Positions 40,384 to 48,427 of a stretch of 64,000 nucleotides of DNA are shown here, in pieces. How positions within the stretch are numbered: the stretch's first letter is position 1; the number at the start of each line of letters is the position of its first letter. Where the stretch lies: positions 32,001 through 96,000 of the forward strand of contig JBCBJQ010000007.1 in the NCBI GenBank assembly GCA_038523235.1. Direction: 5' to 3'. The notes under the pieces are model-generated. The model did not search any database. It was not told the DNA's origin and saw only the letters and a program-made list of their open reading frames with translations. This DNA is from Cyanobacteria bacterium J06626_4 (GTDB taxonomy: Bacteria > Cyanobacteriota > Cyanobacteriia > Phormidesmidales > Phormidesmidaceae). The translations under genes were made by a program, and so were the position numbers.

Positions 40384-40414
40384 ATTGTAGTTTATTGCGA
40401 TTTAATGTCAATAA
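40384..40414 (-). promoter_or_regulatory. TTGACA-N16-TACAAT promoter overlapped by a Fur-box-like palindrome
   Basis: TTATTGCGATT-T-AATGTCAATAA (40392-40414; 9/11 arm positions pair) covers the -35 and spacer. Confidence 0.7.
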
Positions 40415-40684
40415 TAAGCTTGCAAAATCGCAGTCTTGCTCGCCACACAATCAGTGGCAACGCCCTATGCTTTTAGGCCTCTTTGCAGCTCGGTTAGTTG
40501 TCTGGAAAGGGTTCTTGGCCGTGGAGGGGTTGTTTGGCCGGATGATTCGCCCAGGTGTTTCTTGATGAACTATGAGAATCTTTAGCGTTCAATGTCAGTA
40601 GCGGTTGGGGCTCTCAGCACAAAGCGCTTAGACTCAAGACGGGGACTGTAACCTTGACCCATAGCTGTTTGCCTAGCGCGATAG

Positions 40685-41137
40685 ATGGTGACTGTTTTTG
40701 TGTACGGCACGCTCAAACCGGGAGAAGCGGCCTACCGGCGCTATTGTCAGCCGCAGGTGGTATCGGCCCAGCCCGCGCTAGTGCAAGGTGACCTGTTCCA
40801 TCTGCCTCAGGGCTATCCGGCGCTGACGGTGGGCGATCGCTGGATTAAAGGTTTTCGGCTGCAGCTACAGGATGATCGCGCGATCGCCACCATCGATGAG
40901 TTTGAAGATTATGACCCCAGCCGTCTGGCGGCTGAAAACCTCTATGTCAGACAACAATTGCCGATATTTTCCCCCACGCGACACCCGTTGGGGACGGCCT
41001 GGGTTTATCAAATGGAACGACAGCGGATCCAGGCCCTAGGGGGTGTGGTGGTGACCTCAGGTGATTGGAGCAGACAACAGTGGCCCAGTCTGGCACCGCT
41101 GGAACTCACCGATGATGTCGACCGTGAGGCACGCTAA
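40685..41137 (+). CDS. Gamma-glutamylcyclotransferase (AIG2-like)
   Basis: 'VFVYGTLKPG', 'GYPAL', 'D.FE.Y', 'Y.R', 'AWVY', 'SGDW'. Confidence 0.9.
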   Translation: MVTVFVYGTLKPGEAAYRRYCQPQVVSAQPALVQGDLFHLPQGYPALTVGDRWIKGFRLQLQDDRAIATIDEFEDYDPSRLAAENLYVRQQLPIFSPTRHPLGTAWVYQMERQRIQALGGVVVTSGDWSRQQWPSLAPLELTDDVDREAR

Positions 41138-41150
41138 CGACAGAACTTGC

Positions 41151-41337
41151 TTAGGGTCGGGAATTTCATAATGCGTCAATTTTTCCCCTCTCGGGCGGGG
41201 TGCCTGCAGGGCGGGCGGGGTGGGTTCAATCTCAAGCACTCGCGGTTAACCCACCCCGTGAGCCCCTCCCAGGAGGGGAAGCGTGGTCGGCTTTGCCTCA
41301 GATCAAATTGAGGACTTTATTTAATCCTTATTCCTAG
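41151..41337. repeat. MITE-like envelope containing CCCACCCC...GCCCCTCCCAGGAGGGGAA repeats
   Basis: Imperfect inverted ends; the 19-mer at 41262-41280 is identical to 57678-57696. Confidence 0.6.
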
Positions 41338-41476
41338 GGGCGGTCATGGGCCAGAGCCATCGCTGAGCATACGACGAGTTCAGCCCAAGAGCCGGGCGCC
41401 CCATCTTGAAGGTTGCTGTGTCTAATGAATGACGCGACCTAATATAGAAGGACGCTTAACCCAATCTAAATCCTTC

Positions 41477-42685
41477 ATGCTCGACCGAATCCGCGCGATC
41501 GCTGACCGCCTCACCCCTCGCCTGATCGAAATCCGCCGTCATCTGCACAGTCATCCCGAGCTCAGTGGTCAGGAATATCAAACCGCTGCCTATATTGCGG
41601 GCGTTCTTTCCTCTTTTGGGCTCAAGACCCAAGAACTGGTCGGCAAAACCGGCGTCGTTGCTGACCTGCCAGGCCAGGGACAGCGAGCCGACTACTTGGC
41701 CCTCCGCACTGATATGGATGCCTTACCAATCCTAGAGAAAACCCCTCTGGACTTTGTGTCTCAAAAACCCGGCGTCATGCATGCCTGCGGCCACGATGTG
41801 CACACGACCGTGGGCCTAGGGGTCGCCATGGTGTTGGCAGAACTGGACGAGCCGCTGCCGGGGCCGCTCCGATTTATCTTTCAACCCGCAGAAGAAACGG
41901 CTCAGGGAGCGCGGTGGATGGTCGCCGATGACGTGATGACTGGGGTTGCCGCCATTTTGGGCGTGCATGTTTACCCCTCGGTAATGGGGGGGGACATTGG
42001 CATTCGCTATGGCGCCCTGACTGCGGCGGCAGATGATTTGGAAATCAATATCGTGGGCGAATCCGGGCACGGGGCACGCCCCCATGAGGCGATCGATGCC
42101 ATTTGGATTGCGGCGCAAGTGGTAACCACGCTGCAGCAGGCGATCAGCCGGACTCACAACCCGTTGCGGCCCGTCGTGCTGACGATTGGCCAGATTCAAG
42201 GCGGGCGCGCCCCCAATGTCATTGCCGATCATGTGCGTCTGACCGGCACCGTGCGATCGCTGCATCCTGACACCCGCCGCGAACTCCCCCAGTGGATCGA
42301 GGCGATCGTGGCAGGGATGTGCGAACCCTTTGGCGCAAAATATGAAATCAGCTATCGTCCCGGTGTGCCGGCGGTGCTGAATGATCCGTCTCTGACGCAG
42401 TTGGTAGAGCGCTGTGCCAGAGACGTTTGCGGCGATGACCATGTGCAATTAATTGATGAGTCTTCTCTGGGGGCTGAAGACTTTTCGGTCTATCTCGACT
42501 ACGCGCCCGGCAGCATGTTTCGCTTAGGCATTGGGGCGGCTGACGCGACAAACTATCCCCTCCATCATCCCAAGTTTGCCGTGAATGAGGCGGCGATCGC
42601 CATCGGCGTCACGACCCTCGCCCATGCCATGGTGCGCTACTGGCAAACGTCAGAGGCCCCGAACGGAAAGCCTGCAGCCATTTGA
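41477..42685 (+). CDS. M20 family amidohydrolase (N-acyl-L-amino acid amidohydrolase type)
   Basis: 'RRHLHSHPELS', 'LRTDMDALP', 'MHACGHD', 'FQPAEE', 'GAEDF', 'LHHPKF'. Confidence 0.93.
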   Translation: MLDRIRAIADRLTPRLIEIRRHLHSHPELSGQEYQTAAYIAGVLSSFGLKTQELVGKTGVVADLPGQGQRADYLALRTDMDALPILEKTPLDFVSQKPGVMHACGHDVHTTVGLGVAMVLAELDEPLPGPLRFIFQPAEETAQGARWMVADDVMTGVAAILGVHVYPSVMGGDIGIRYGALTAAADDLEINIVGESGHGARPHEAIDAIWIAAQVVTTLQQAISRTHNPLRPVVLTIGQIQGGRAPNVIADHVRLTGTVRSLHPDTRRELPQWIEAIVAGMCEPFGAKYEISYRPGVPAVLNDPSLTQLVERCARDVCGDDHVQLIDESSLGAEDFSVYLDYAPGSMFRLGIGAADATNYPLHHPKFAVNEAAIAIGVTTLAHAMVRYWQTSEAPNGKPAAI

Positions 42686-42889
42686 CATCGCCTCCCAGCG
42701 TAGAAGCAGGCTTTGCTCAATGAGACCACCGCTGTTTGGGGTGGCCTGAGGCTAGTATCACGGTGAGCAGCGATCGCCTCACGTCTGCGGCTTCCACCCC
42801 CTGAAGGCAGTCCTTAAACCCTGCCTTCAGGGGCATGGCAGTATCGAGGATGTCTGCTACTGTTTGGGAAATCTTTGCGATTATGAACT

Positions 42890-43333
42890 ATGGCCTATCC
42901 TCCCGACCCGCCACCCTCCGGACAGCCGCCCCAATACCCCCCGCCCGAGCCAGACCCCTGGCAACCTCAGCCAACACCGGCTCAAGAGCGCCAACGGCTC
43001 GCCCAAGAGGCCGCGATTCAAGCCAAAGCGGAAAAACTCACACTGCTCGATAAGTTTGTCAGAGGCGTGATCTATTTGGTCGGGGCCTTAGAGGTGCTCT
43101 TGTCCCTACGATTTCTGCTCCGGCTAACGGCAGCCAACCCCGACAACACCTTCGCCAATGTCATTTATGGCCTATCCCAGCCGTTTGTTGATCCTTTTTC
43201 CACACTGTTTGTGAGCCCCACCTTTAACGGTAGCGCCAATATTTTTGATGTGAACCTGCTCGTAGCGATGGCTGCCTATTTAGCGCTGTTGTCCCTATTC
43301 TTAGGCTTGATCCACGTCTTTACCAACCGCTAA
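42890..43333 (+). CDS. YggT-family membrane protein with Pro-rich N-terminus
   Basis: 'LEVLL.LRFLLRL.AANP.N.FA..IY.LS.PFV.PF'. Confidence 0.85.
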   Translation: MAYPPDPPPSGQPPQYPPPEPDPWQPQPTPAQERQRLAQEAAIQAKAEKLTLLDKFVRGVIYLVGALEVLLSLRFLLRLTAANPDNTFANVIYGLSQPFVDPFSTLFVSPTFNGSANIFDVNLLVAMAAYLALLSLFLGLIHVFTNR

Positions 43334-43477
43334 CGCGCCTCGCTGCCAATACAGCTCGCTGCCAATGCGGCAGTTCAGACGAGGTCAGCACCATCCATAG
43401 AGAGGATACTCTGCTGACACCTTTTGCTATGGCGATCCGAGTAAAGAAGAATACTTAGCTGCGCAGCCACAGCAATC

Positions 43478-43530
43478 CACCCCAGCAAAAAGGGAGACGC
43501 TTTTAAGACGCCTCCCTTTTTGCTGGGGTG
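43478..43530. terminator. 19-bp inverted repeat between convergent genes
   Basis: CACCCCAGCAAAAAGGGAG ... CTCCCTTTTTGCTGGGGTG. Confidence 0.75.
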
Positions 43531-43555
43531 AATTAAGGTCAGATTGGGTTGGTCC

Positions 43556-43744
43556 CTACCGACAGGCTGCGGCCACCAAACCAGGCGCATAGGCTTCAAC
43601 GACGTTACCTGTATCGCTACAGGTGATCATTAAATAATCGCAGTGAGGGCACTGGGTGCGAATTAAAGCCTCTTTGTTCAAGAAATGGCGAGAAGCATGA
43701 CCGCCGCAGTTAGGGCAGTTGACAATGTGGGAAGCGTGATTCAT
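43556..43744 (-). CDS. Small conserved cyanobacterial zinc-ribbon protein
   Basis: CPNCG...RTQCPHCDYLMITC..TG.VVEAYAPG. Confidence 0.85.
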   Translation of the reverse strand: MNHASHIVNCPNCGGHASRHFLNKEALIRTQCPHCDYLMITCSDTGNVVEAYAPGLVAAACR

Positions 43745-44285
43745 GGATAGTGTGCTGACGGGGAATAGGGATCTGTAATCGAGTCTGCCGGGCTCCGTCG
43801 CGGTGTGACGATAAGTGAACTTATTCGTCGCACTGTTGCGGGGATCGCTTCAGAATCAATAGTTTAAAACAACTGTTGATATATGAAAATGTTATTCCAA
43901 ATAACATTAAAACGGCAACAAAAAACCAAAAAATATTTCAAAAGATATATTAAAGCTTGATCCCAATTGGTTTTAAGGCTTTTTCTGTCGATTTCACGAT
44001 CTCAAAATAAAAAAATGTAAGGTTTAATACCAATAGAATTAATAAAAGCTTAAATTTCTGCTGGCAATAGAGAAACTCCATTCATTGACTCTTCCCATTG
44101 ATAGTGGGCGACTACCGCCTGCCCACAGCAGCAAATAGACTCAGCTAAAGTCCTGGACCTGGGCTGATTCTTTGTAAAAACTGCAACATTTTTACCATGC
44201 TTAATTATCTTTTAATGATTGCGGAATTTACCCAGAGACCGTCAGTCTCGGACTGCCGTTGCTAAGTACCGGTTGCTAGCAAAAC

Positions 44286-45149
44286 TCAGGCTGGCTCGGG
44301 CGGAAATGGCTCAGGATGAGATTCATGCTCAATCTCAAAGACATGTCCATAAAGGCTGGAGAGAATCTGTTTGCCCTCTTGGGTGAGTTTGAGATAAGCG
44401 ATCGCACTTTTGATGTACGGATACACCGTCTGCCAGTAGAAATGGGGGTACTTAAGGCGGAGATCTTCAGGATTGCGGTAGCCCAGCTGCTCATTGACCC
44501 CGGTTTCTTCAAACTCGTAGAACAAGGCGGGAATTTTGTGGAGATAGCGGGGATCAGACAGCTGCCCGATCAGATCAGCGGCCCTGACCAGCCCCGGAAA
44601 GTTAGTCGTATCTTGATGGTCGGTATCGAGCGGCACGGGAAAGCGGGTCAGCTCAATATTGCGCTTGATGATTTCGGCATTAATTAGGCTGTGCCCCCCA
44701 AATCGCTCTTGCACAAAGAGCTTGCCGCGATCAACGTGATACGGCGTCAGACTCGCGTCAGTGTGTCCCTCAGGAAACTGCACGGTATCGTCCTGCTGAC
44801 CGGTGGCATAAATGCGGAGCGACATCACATCTTGGCGGCAAACGCCTTTGACGTAGCCGATATCGTGGCAGACCAACGAAATCGTGAAATGGAGCCAGTC
44901 TTCACAAGACACGCGCCCTTCACGAATATGCTTGCCCCGTAAAATCTGCTGGCCTACCAGTGTGACAAACACCATGTGTTCGACGTCATGGTAAAGCGCG
45001 TTGCTATTGGCAATCGTTTCACCGCCCATATTGCCGACCCAGGCAATGATGTCGGCGTAGTTTTGCTTCAAGCCGCCGTAGGTCTGGGCATAGTTAACGC
45101 GCAGTTCTTCGACGAAGGCATTACATAAAAGTTTGTTGGGATTCAACAT
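44286..45149 (-). CDS. HD-domain metalloprotein (Npun_R2479-like)
   Basis: 'ALYHDVEH', 'CHDIGY', 'PYHVDRG', 'RAADLIGQL.DP.YL'. Confidence 0.88.
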   Translation of the reverse strand: MLNPNKLLCNAFVEELRVNYAQTYGGLKQNYADIIAWVGNMGGETIANSNALYHDVEHMVFVTLVGQQILRGKHIREGRVSCEDWLHFTISLVCHDIGYVKGVCRQDVMSLRIYATGQQDDTVQFPEGHTDASLTPYHVDRGKLFVQERFGGHSLINAEIIKRNIELTRFPVPLDTDHQDTTNFPGLVRAADLIGQLSDPRYLHKIPALFYEFEETGVNEQLGYRNPEDLRLKYPHFYWQTVYPYIKSAIAYLKLTQEGKQILSSLYGHVFEIEHESHPEPFPPEPA

Positions 45150-45348
45150 CGATGATTGATCTGTGGACTCTGCAGGAAAACACGCCTACGCCTGTTCTAG
45201 CCCATATAACAAAAGCGTAACAAACTAATCAGGACACTTCATCTATCGTTTGTACGACCTTCGTCAAGGCAGAAAAAAACACAGCAGGCTGATGATTGCC
45301 ACCCAGTAGCAACTTCATCGGGGAGCCGGGGCGTTTCGTAAATCCCTA

Positions 45349-45366
45349 TCTGGAATGGTCATTCAA
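45349..45366. promoter_or_regulatory. Putative TetR operator 1
   Basis: TCTGGAATGGTCATTCAA (palindromic core GAATG-gt-CATTC), 35 bp upstream of tetR. Confidence 0.6.
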
Positions 45367-45401
45367 TTAATGGACTACAGTGAGGAGGGAGGTGCAGGAG
45401 T

Positions 45402-45983
45402 ATGGCGCGCACTAAGGCATTTGACCCCGACATCGCCTTGTCTAAGGCGATGGACGTTTTCTGGCAGAAAGGCTACACGGCGACATCGGTGCATGACTTG
45501 GTGACGGCGATGGGCATTAACCGGGGCAGTCTGTACGACACGTTTATTGACAAGCGACATCTATTTTTGCAAGCGATCGCCCACTATCACGACACCGTCG
45601 TAACGGCAGCGATCGCTCATCTGCAAGCACCGGGTGCGGCCCGAGTCGAGATTGAACAGCACTTTATCAATTTGGCCGCCCGGGCGAGCGCTGACCGACA
45701 GCGACGAGGCTGTTTGGTAACCAACACCGTGGTTGAGCTAGCGGGGCAAGATGCGGAAATCGCTAGCTTAGTCAAGCAAGGAATGCGGCGAGTAGAAGAG
45801 GCGTTTTACCGAGCTTTATTGAGAGCGCAAGATCACGGTGAGATTAGCGCTGAAAAAGACATTCGGGCGTTGGCTCAATATTTAACCAGTAGTCTGCAAG
45901 GGGTGCGCGTCATGGCCAAGACTGGCGCGGATGCAGCAACATTACAGACAATCGTCAGACTCATTTTGCACGCCTTGGATTAG
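45402..45983 (+). CDS. TetR/AcrR family regulator (NemR/ComR-like)
   Basis: 'MARTKAFD', 'FWQKGY.ATS..DLV.AMGI.RGSLY.TF', 'RGCLVTN'. Confidence 0.93.
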   Translation: MARTKAFDPDIALSKAMDVFWQKGYTATSVHDLVTAMGINRGSLYDTFIDKRHLFLQAIAHYHDTVVTAAIAHLQAPGAARVEIEQHFINLAARASADRQRRGCLVTNTVVELAGQDAEIASLVKQGMRRVEEAFYRALLRAQDHGEISAEKDIRALAQYLTSSLQGVRVMAKTGADAATLQTIVRLILHALD

Positions 45984-46022
45984 CGCTGTGCTCAGTCGCC
46001 AGGCCGGTTGGGACAAGACTGC

Positions 46023-46091
46023 GGCCACTTTACAGAGGCGCTGAGCATCAGAGCTCTCCGAGGTCTCCTCAGCCAAGTGGCCAGCGCGATA
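46023..46091 (+). repeat. About 70-bp palindromic dispersed repeat, copy B
   Basis: GGCCACTTTACAGAGG...CCTCAGCCAAGTGGCCAGCGCGATA. Confidence 0.75.
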
Positions 46092-46136
46092 AAAAGCCAT
46101 TCCTCAGAGAATCCTCAGGAACAATTCATTTTATAT

Positions 46137-46154
46137 TTGACTGTTCGTTCCAGA
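46137..46154. promoter_or_regulatory. Putative TetR operator 2
   Basis: TTGACTGTTCGTTCCAGA matches the reverse complement of operator 1 at 14/18. Confidence 0.55.
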
Positions 46155-46186
46155 ATGGAGAAGAAGTGACAAGAGCGTAATTTGTG

Positions 46187-46834
46187 ATGAGCTTGACCCA
46201 AGACCTCGCCCAGTTCGCCGCTAAGATGAAAGACCAGTTGCCCGCCGAAGCTCAGGTCACCATGGCCAAGGCCGGTAACGAAATCGCCCAGCTGGGTATC
46301 GAAGACCAAAGCCTGAAAGTGGGCGACGCGATTCCTCCGGTGACCTTGCCAAATGCCCTAGGTAAATCGGTGGCCGTGCCAGACCTGCTGAAAGCTGGCC
46401 CCGTGGTGATTGCCTTTTATCGCGGTGGCTGGTGCCCCTACTGCAATATGGAACTCCGAGCCCTGCAACAGGCGCTGCCAGCCATCAAAGCCCAGGGTGC
46501 ACAACTCGTCGCGATCGCCCCAGAAACGCCTGATAATTCTCTATCGACACAAGAAAAAAACGACTTGTCCTTTGAAGTGCTCAGCGATGTCGGCAATCAG
46601 GTCGCCCGCGCCTTTGGCCTGGTGTTTACCTTGCCAGAATACCTGCGTCCCCTTTATCAGAGCTTCGGCATTGACCTAGCAGCCTACAACGGCGACAGTT
46701 CCTTCGAGTTGCCTGTCCCTGCCACCTATGTGGTCGACACTACGGGCAACATTGTTCATGCCTTTGTAAACGTTGATTATACTCAGCGCGAAGACCCCGA
46801 GAATATCGTGGCGGCGCTGCAGCAGATCTCCTAG
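46187..46834 (+). CDS. Peroxiredoxin-like AhpC/TSA family protein
   Basis: 'FYRGGWCPYCN.EL', 'LSDVGN.VA..FGL', 'LPVPATYV'. Confidence 0.92.
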   Translation: MSLTQDLAQFAAKMKDQLPAEAQVTMAKAGNEIAQLGIEDQSLKVGDAIPPVTLPNALGKSVAVPDLLKAGPVVIAFYRGGWCPYCNMELRALQQALPAIKAQGAQLVAIAPETPDNSLSTQEKNDLSFEVLSDVGNQVARAFGLVFTLPEYLRPLYQSFGIDLAAYNGDSSFELPVPATYVVDTTGNIVHAFVNVDYTQREDPENIVAALQQIS

Positions 46835-47089
46835 AGCCGGCCATATTCGGATGGTGTGTGGCCGGTGGAATCTTGCTCACAGGTCACCGCTCTTAATAAG
46901 TAGGTAGCCATCAATAAACCTTGCCTTTAGGGCGTTGGGTTGTTACCACAACGCCCCAAAGGCAATTAGGGCTTTCCACCGATCAGGGCGCAGTCATACC
47001 TGATTTCAAAGGGGTTTCCCTTGAGTGTGATATGCGCCTTGGCCATTTTCCGCTGCTCGACAGCCAGGAATGGCCGAGCTGGCCGTCGT

Positions 47090-47416
47090 CTATTGGTCGA
47101 TCACCGGAGCCAGCATCATGAGTTCACTGCTGTCATCTGCGATCGCGGGTTGCAGCATCGCCAGCAGTTCAGGATATTGCTCGGCAAATTGGGCTTCCGT
47201 CAAGTCTGCATTCAGCACCGTGCCCGCATTATCGGCGATCGTATACAAATAGCCAGCGGGCGCTGAGGTGAGGGTGACGGTGTGATCGCGCAGCACCAAC
47301 TGTGTAATCACCGCTGATGCAACGGGTGTGGCTTCGGGTTCATTTGCCACGCCCAATCCTGCCAGACCCAAAAGTGTCGTGACGGCAATCGCCGTCGCTA
47401 ACCCTAAATACCTCAT
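47090..47416 (-). CDS. Hypothetical exported protein
   Basis: GGAGG RBS; hydrophobic signal-like N-terminus; acidic mature part. Confidence 0.7.
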   Translation of the reverse strand: MRYLGLATAIAVTTLLGLAGLGVANEPEATPVASAVITQLVLRDHTVTLTSAPAGYLYTIADNAGTVLNADLTEAQFAEQYPELLAMLQPAIADDSSELMMLAPVIDQ

Positions 47417-47553
47417 GGCTTTGACCTCCTTAGAACCTATCGATAGCAGTCACCAGCCCCATAGGGACAAGACTGCGAGCCATTTTGATTCTGTGCTAAG
47501 TAGCAAAAAGCTCCTAGGAGCCTGATCAAAATAGCCATCGTTATAGTTAGCAG

Positions 47554-47654
47554 GATACACAATTCACCGACTCAGTTTGAGGCAGAGGGCAGTCTCGGCA
47601 GTCGCCCCATCTGTGAACCAGAACGGCTGTGTCGCCCGCTTTTGGGCGATTTTT
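47554..47654 (+). ncRNA. Candidate orphan structured sRNA (about 100 nt)
   Basis: TATAGT at 47542-47547, multi-stem core at 47563-47617, and + strand terminator GTCGCCC/GGGCGAT with T-run, located between two minus-strand genes. Confidence 0.5.
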
Positions 47655-47699
47655 CTGGAGTCGCAATGAGGCTGGTCAATGGCTAACTATGGCAATAAT

Positions 47700-48170
47700 T
47701 TATCGTCCATGACACTGCTTAAACTTTTTGCCGCTGCCGCACCAGCAGGGCTCATTCCGTTTCGGTTCCAGCGGTGGTAACAGATCGCCATCGAGATAAA
47801 ACCAGCGGCCTTTTTGCTGCTTAAAGCGCGATCGCTCATGAATTTGACCGATGTGATCTGACTGGTAGCGAGCAACAAATTCCACGACGCCGGTCATATC
47901 GGCAGGCTGACCCTGTTCTGTCTGTAGCACTGTGAGGCCGAGCCAGGTCGTATTTTGCATGCTTTTTGTGAGGGCAGCGCGATCGCCCAAGGCCCGCTTG
48001 AACGGATGGTGGGTCGCGGTCAAATAGTCTACCTGGCCCTGGCAATAGGCCGTATAGCGCGATCGCATCAGTGCTTCAGCCGTCGGGGCGATCGCTTGAC
48101 CAAGCAAATATGGTTGGCAGCAGGTATTAAAAGGGCGTTGGCTGCCGCAAGGACAGTTGGCAGTCAGCAT
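47700..48170 (-). CDS. YchJ family protein with SEC-C motifs
   Basis: 'CPCGS....CC.P', 'TAEALMRSRY.AY', 'HERSRF', 'RNEPCWCGSGKKFKQCHG'. Confidence 0.93.
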   Translation of the reverse strand: MLTANCPCGSQRPFNTCCQPYLLGQAIAPTAEALMRSRYTAYCQGQVDYLTATHHPFKRALGDRAALTKSMQNTTWLGLTVLQTEQGQPADMTGVVEFVARYQSDHIGQIHERSRFKQQKGRWFYLDGDLLPPLEPKRNEPCWCGSGKKFKQCHGR

Positions 48171-48427
48171 AGCGGTAGAGAGGGAGAGGGAACTGACATC
48201 AACAAACTGTAGTTAAATCGAGACCGGTCAAATTCCCGAAGTCATCATCTGACACGCATCTTAATCTCGAATTCCGACTTCCACATTCCGCTGCTAAGGT
48301 CGGCTGCAAGACGAGCCATGCTATCGGTAAGCAGCCATCACCAAGCAGGGCTCGCCCCTACAGAGAGCGTTTCTGTCTTGGAGATTTGGTTTAAACGCCA
48401 AGTCTTGAAAGCCGACGGAGCGATCGA

